Assembly (NCBI GenBank): GCA_963674535.1
Contig: OY771363.1
Coordinates: 348,719 to 412,718 of the forward strand
Length of the DNA stretch: 64,000 nucleotides
Direction of reading: 5' to 3'
From: Christensenellaceae bacterium
Lineage (GTDB): Bacteria; Bacillota; Clostridia; Christensenellales; CAG-138
Shown here piece after piece: positions 62,663 through 64,000 of this stretch. Under the pieces are notes generated by a model, which saw only the letters and a list, made by a program, of their open reading frames with translations, had not been told where the DNA came from and searched no databases. Every line of letters begins with the position of its first letter. The first letter of the stretch is position 1. Both the position numbers and the translations under genes were made by a program.

Positions 62663-62870
62663 GGGTTTGCGCTGTTCGATTTGCCTCTTTAAGTTACGGC
62701 AAATTTGATGCGGCGCGGATTGAAACCCCTTGCGTGAAGCATGGCTCTAATGATTTCGTATGCGCGGCACATGCACATCTGCTTCATTGGGGTGTAATCC
62801 GTCCTTTCTGTTTGGGCTGGGAACCGCTTTTTGATTCGAAAAACATATAAAAAATATATGTGTTTTGAGA

Positions 62871-62899
62871 ATAATGCCACATGAGATTCCACTTGTCAA
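62871..62899 (-). promoter_or_regulatory. Sigma-70-like promoter of the metY leader
   Basis: Minus strand: TTGACA, 17 nt, CATTAT (preceded by TGg). Confidence 0.55.
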
Positions 62900-62985
62900 G
62901 AAAAAGTTTTGGTAGTTTACTAAAAGCAGGGCGAACGGAACGAGTTTGAACGGTTCGACCAAACCGATACAAAGAGGAAACACGG

Positions 62986-63906
62986 ATGGAGCTTCATAAT
63001 CTTGCGCAGAGCGGCGGCGCACCCGCCGAGATCGTATTTCATATGATGGACGAACAGGGCTGCGCGCGCGACGTAAGGCGCGTGTTCCTGCCGCCGCAGA
63101 GGCTGATATTGCTCGGCGGGGGGCATGTTTCCCGCGCGCTCTGCGGATATGCCGCCGATCTCGGATTCGATGTGGTGGTGGTGGACGACCGCCCGGCTTA
63201 CGCCAACGAGGAACGATTCCCGCTGGCAAGCAGGGTTCTTTGCGACGGGTTTGAGCGCGCCATACGGGAGCTTGCGATCACGGAATACGACTATATCGCC
63301 GTTGTAACCCGCGGGCACCGGCACGACGCGCTGTGCCTCCGCGCCATCTTTGGCGGCGGCGTCATGCCGTATTACCTCGGCCTGATCGGCTCACGGCGGC
63401 GCACCACGGAGCTTTTCGCGCTGCTGAAGGAGGAAGGGTTTGATCCCGCCAAGATCGAGCGGGTGCATACGCCCATCGGCCTGCCCATCGGCGCGGAAAC
63501 GCCCAAGGAGATTGCCATTTCGATTCTCGCTGAACTGATTCTCATGCGCAGCAAACAGAACGTCGATGCGGAAGGTTTATTGGAACTGACGTCCGGCGAG
63601 CCGGAACTGCGGCGCGTGCTGCTGGAGAACAAGGAGCCGCGAGCGCTGGCGGTCGTGGTCAAGCAGGCGGGTTCCACGCCGGTTCCGCCGGGGGCGATCA
63701 TGCTGGTCGATCAGATTGGCGGTATCGTCGGTACGGTAGGCGGGGGCTGCGGCGAGCACGAAATCGTACTGCGCGCGCTGGAAGTGCTGCGCACCGGCAA
63801 GCCGGAGCTGGTCACGCTGGACATGACAAACGACGTTGCCGCCGACGAAGGCATGGTCTGCGGCGGACGCATGACGGTTTGGATTGAGCTGGTAAAAATT
63901 CAATAA
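62986..63906 (+). CDS. XdhC/CoxI-family molybdoenzyme maturation factor, apparent swapped domain order
   Basis: The N-terminal part is a Rossmann-like XdhC_C pattern (RLILLGGGHVSRALCGYAADLGFDVVVVDDRP...VTRGHRHD...YLGLIGSRRR...PIGLPIGAETPKEIAISILAELI). The C-terminal part is an XdhC_CoxI pattern (ALAVVVKQAGSTPVPPGAIMLVD..GGIVGTVGGGCGE...CGGRMTVWIE). Confidence 0.8.
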   Translation: MELHNLAQSGGAPAEIVFHMMDEQGCARDVRRVFLPPQRLILLGGGHVSRALCGYAADLGFDVVVVDDRPAYANEERFPLASRVLCDGFERAIRELAITEYDYIAVVTRGHRHDALCLRAIFGGGVMPYYLGLIGSRRRTTELFALLKEEGFDPAKIERVHTPIGLPIGAETPKEIAISILAELILMRSKQNVDAEGLLELTSGEPELRRVLLENKEPRALAVVVKQAGSTPVPPGAIMLVDQIGGIVGTVGGGCGEHEIVLRALEVLRTGKPELVTLDMTNDVAADEGMVCGGRMTVWIELVKIQ

Positions 63907-64000
63907 AGCAAGTTTGCCGCGTCTTGCGGCAGGAAAAACCGGTTGGCGCGCTGCCAGCCGGTTCTGCGTTGATGGATTGTGAAAAAACCCTTGACAGTCC

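Noticed and set aside
62630-62870. SAM-I (S-box) or Met T-box identity for the metY leader.
   Set aside because: The conserved cores (GAGGGA / GGCAACC / GGUGCUAAUUCC for the S-box, GGUGGUACCGCG for the T-box) are absent on either strand, so the element is reported as unassigned instead.
63907-64000. The hairpin AACCGGTTGGC-gcgct-GCCAGCCGGTT after the XdhC-like gene, and a TTGACA at the window edge.
   Set aside because: The hairpin lacks a U-tract, and the promoter cannot be evaluated because the -10 lies outside the window.
1-64000. A search for mobile elements, prophage, CRISPR, toxin-antitoxin or defence cassettes, tRNA and rRNA.
   Set aside because: No transposase, integrase or recombinase motifs, no spaced direct repeats, and no tRNA-like cloverleaf candidates were noticed in the intergenic gaps. 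Every gap over 200 nt is accounted for by promoters, leaders, terminators or the two hairpin repeat families.

Overview
This window looks like a chromosomal segment of a high-GC (roughly 60% by eye) Firmicutes/Clostridia-type anaerobe. The lineage call rests on T-box leaders, the pth-mfd-prsA-like and nadD-yqeK-rsfS gene orders, and rubredoxin/thioredoxin; it is inference only. Almost all of the window is core metabolism and housekeeping.

Gene content, left to right:
- MarR regulator, cyclophilin, aldo/keto reductase, WYL regulator, trmL and rpmB.
- An envelope cluster: GT-C glycosyltransferase-like membrane protein, LRR lipoprotein and a phosphodiester glycosidase protein.
- A six-repeat surface protein.
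- A large molybdenum cofactor / molybdate uptake cluster: moeA, a MoeA-PBP fusion, moaC, MOSC, moaA, MOSC, a MoeA-like protein, modABC and mog.
- tatD, a GNAT acetyltransferase, T-box-controlled metG, pth, mfd and a PrsA-like lipoprotein.
- Rubredoxin (too short for the ORF track) and trxA.
- A histidine utilisation operon: hutH, hutU, ftcD, hutI.
- A phosphohexomutase, a fused nadD-yqeK, and rsfS.
- A 1235-aa surface protein, an XRE regulator and a VIT/CCC1 transporter.
- A tryptophanase/tyrosine phenol-lyase family gene behind a T-box leader.
- A zinc-ribbon membrane protein, a flavin reductase and a MacB-type ABC pair with a double-length permease.
- metY behind a long unassigned leader, and a domain-swapped XdhC-like protein.

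I found no rRNA, tRNA, CRISPR array, transposase, integrase or obvious defence or prophage genes.

The most interesting signals are regulatory or structural rather than a new gene cassette:
1. A T-box, apparently Tyr-specific, in front of a classically catabolic beta-eliminating lyase.
2. A roughly 390-nt metY leader with a promoter and an internal terminator but no S-box or T-box core that I can recognise.
3. Two families of intergenic hairpin repeats. One is GC-rich and modular and shows compensatory stem changes. The other is polypyrimidine/polypurine and AT-rich, and sits between co-directional genes.

Coordinates of RNA and DNA elements were hand-indexed and may be off by a few nt. All functional calls come from recognising motifs in the translated ORFs, not from searches.
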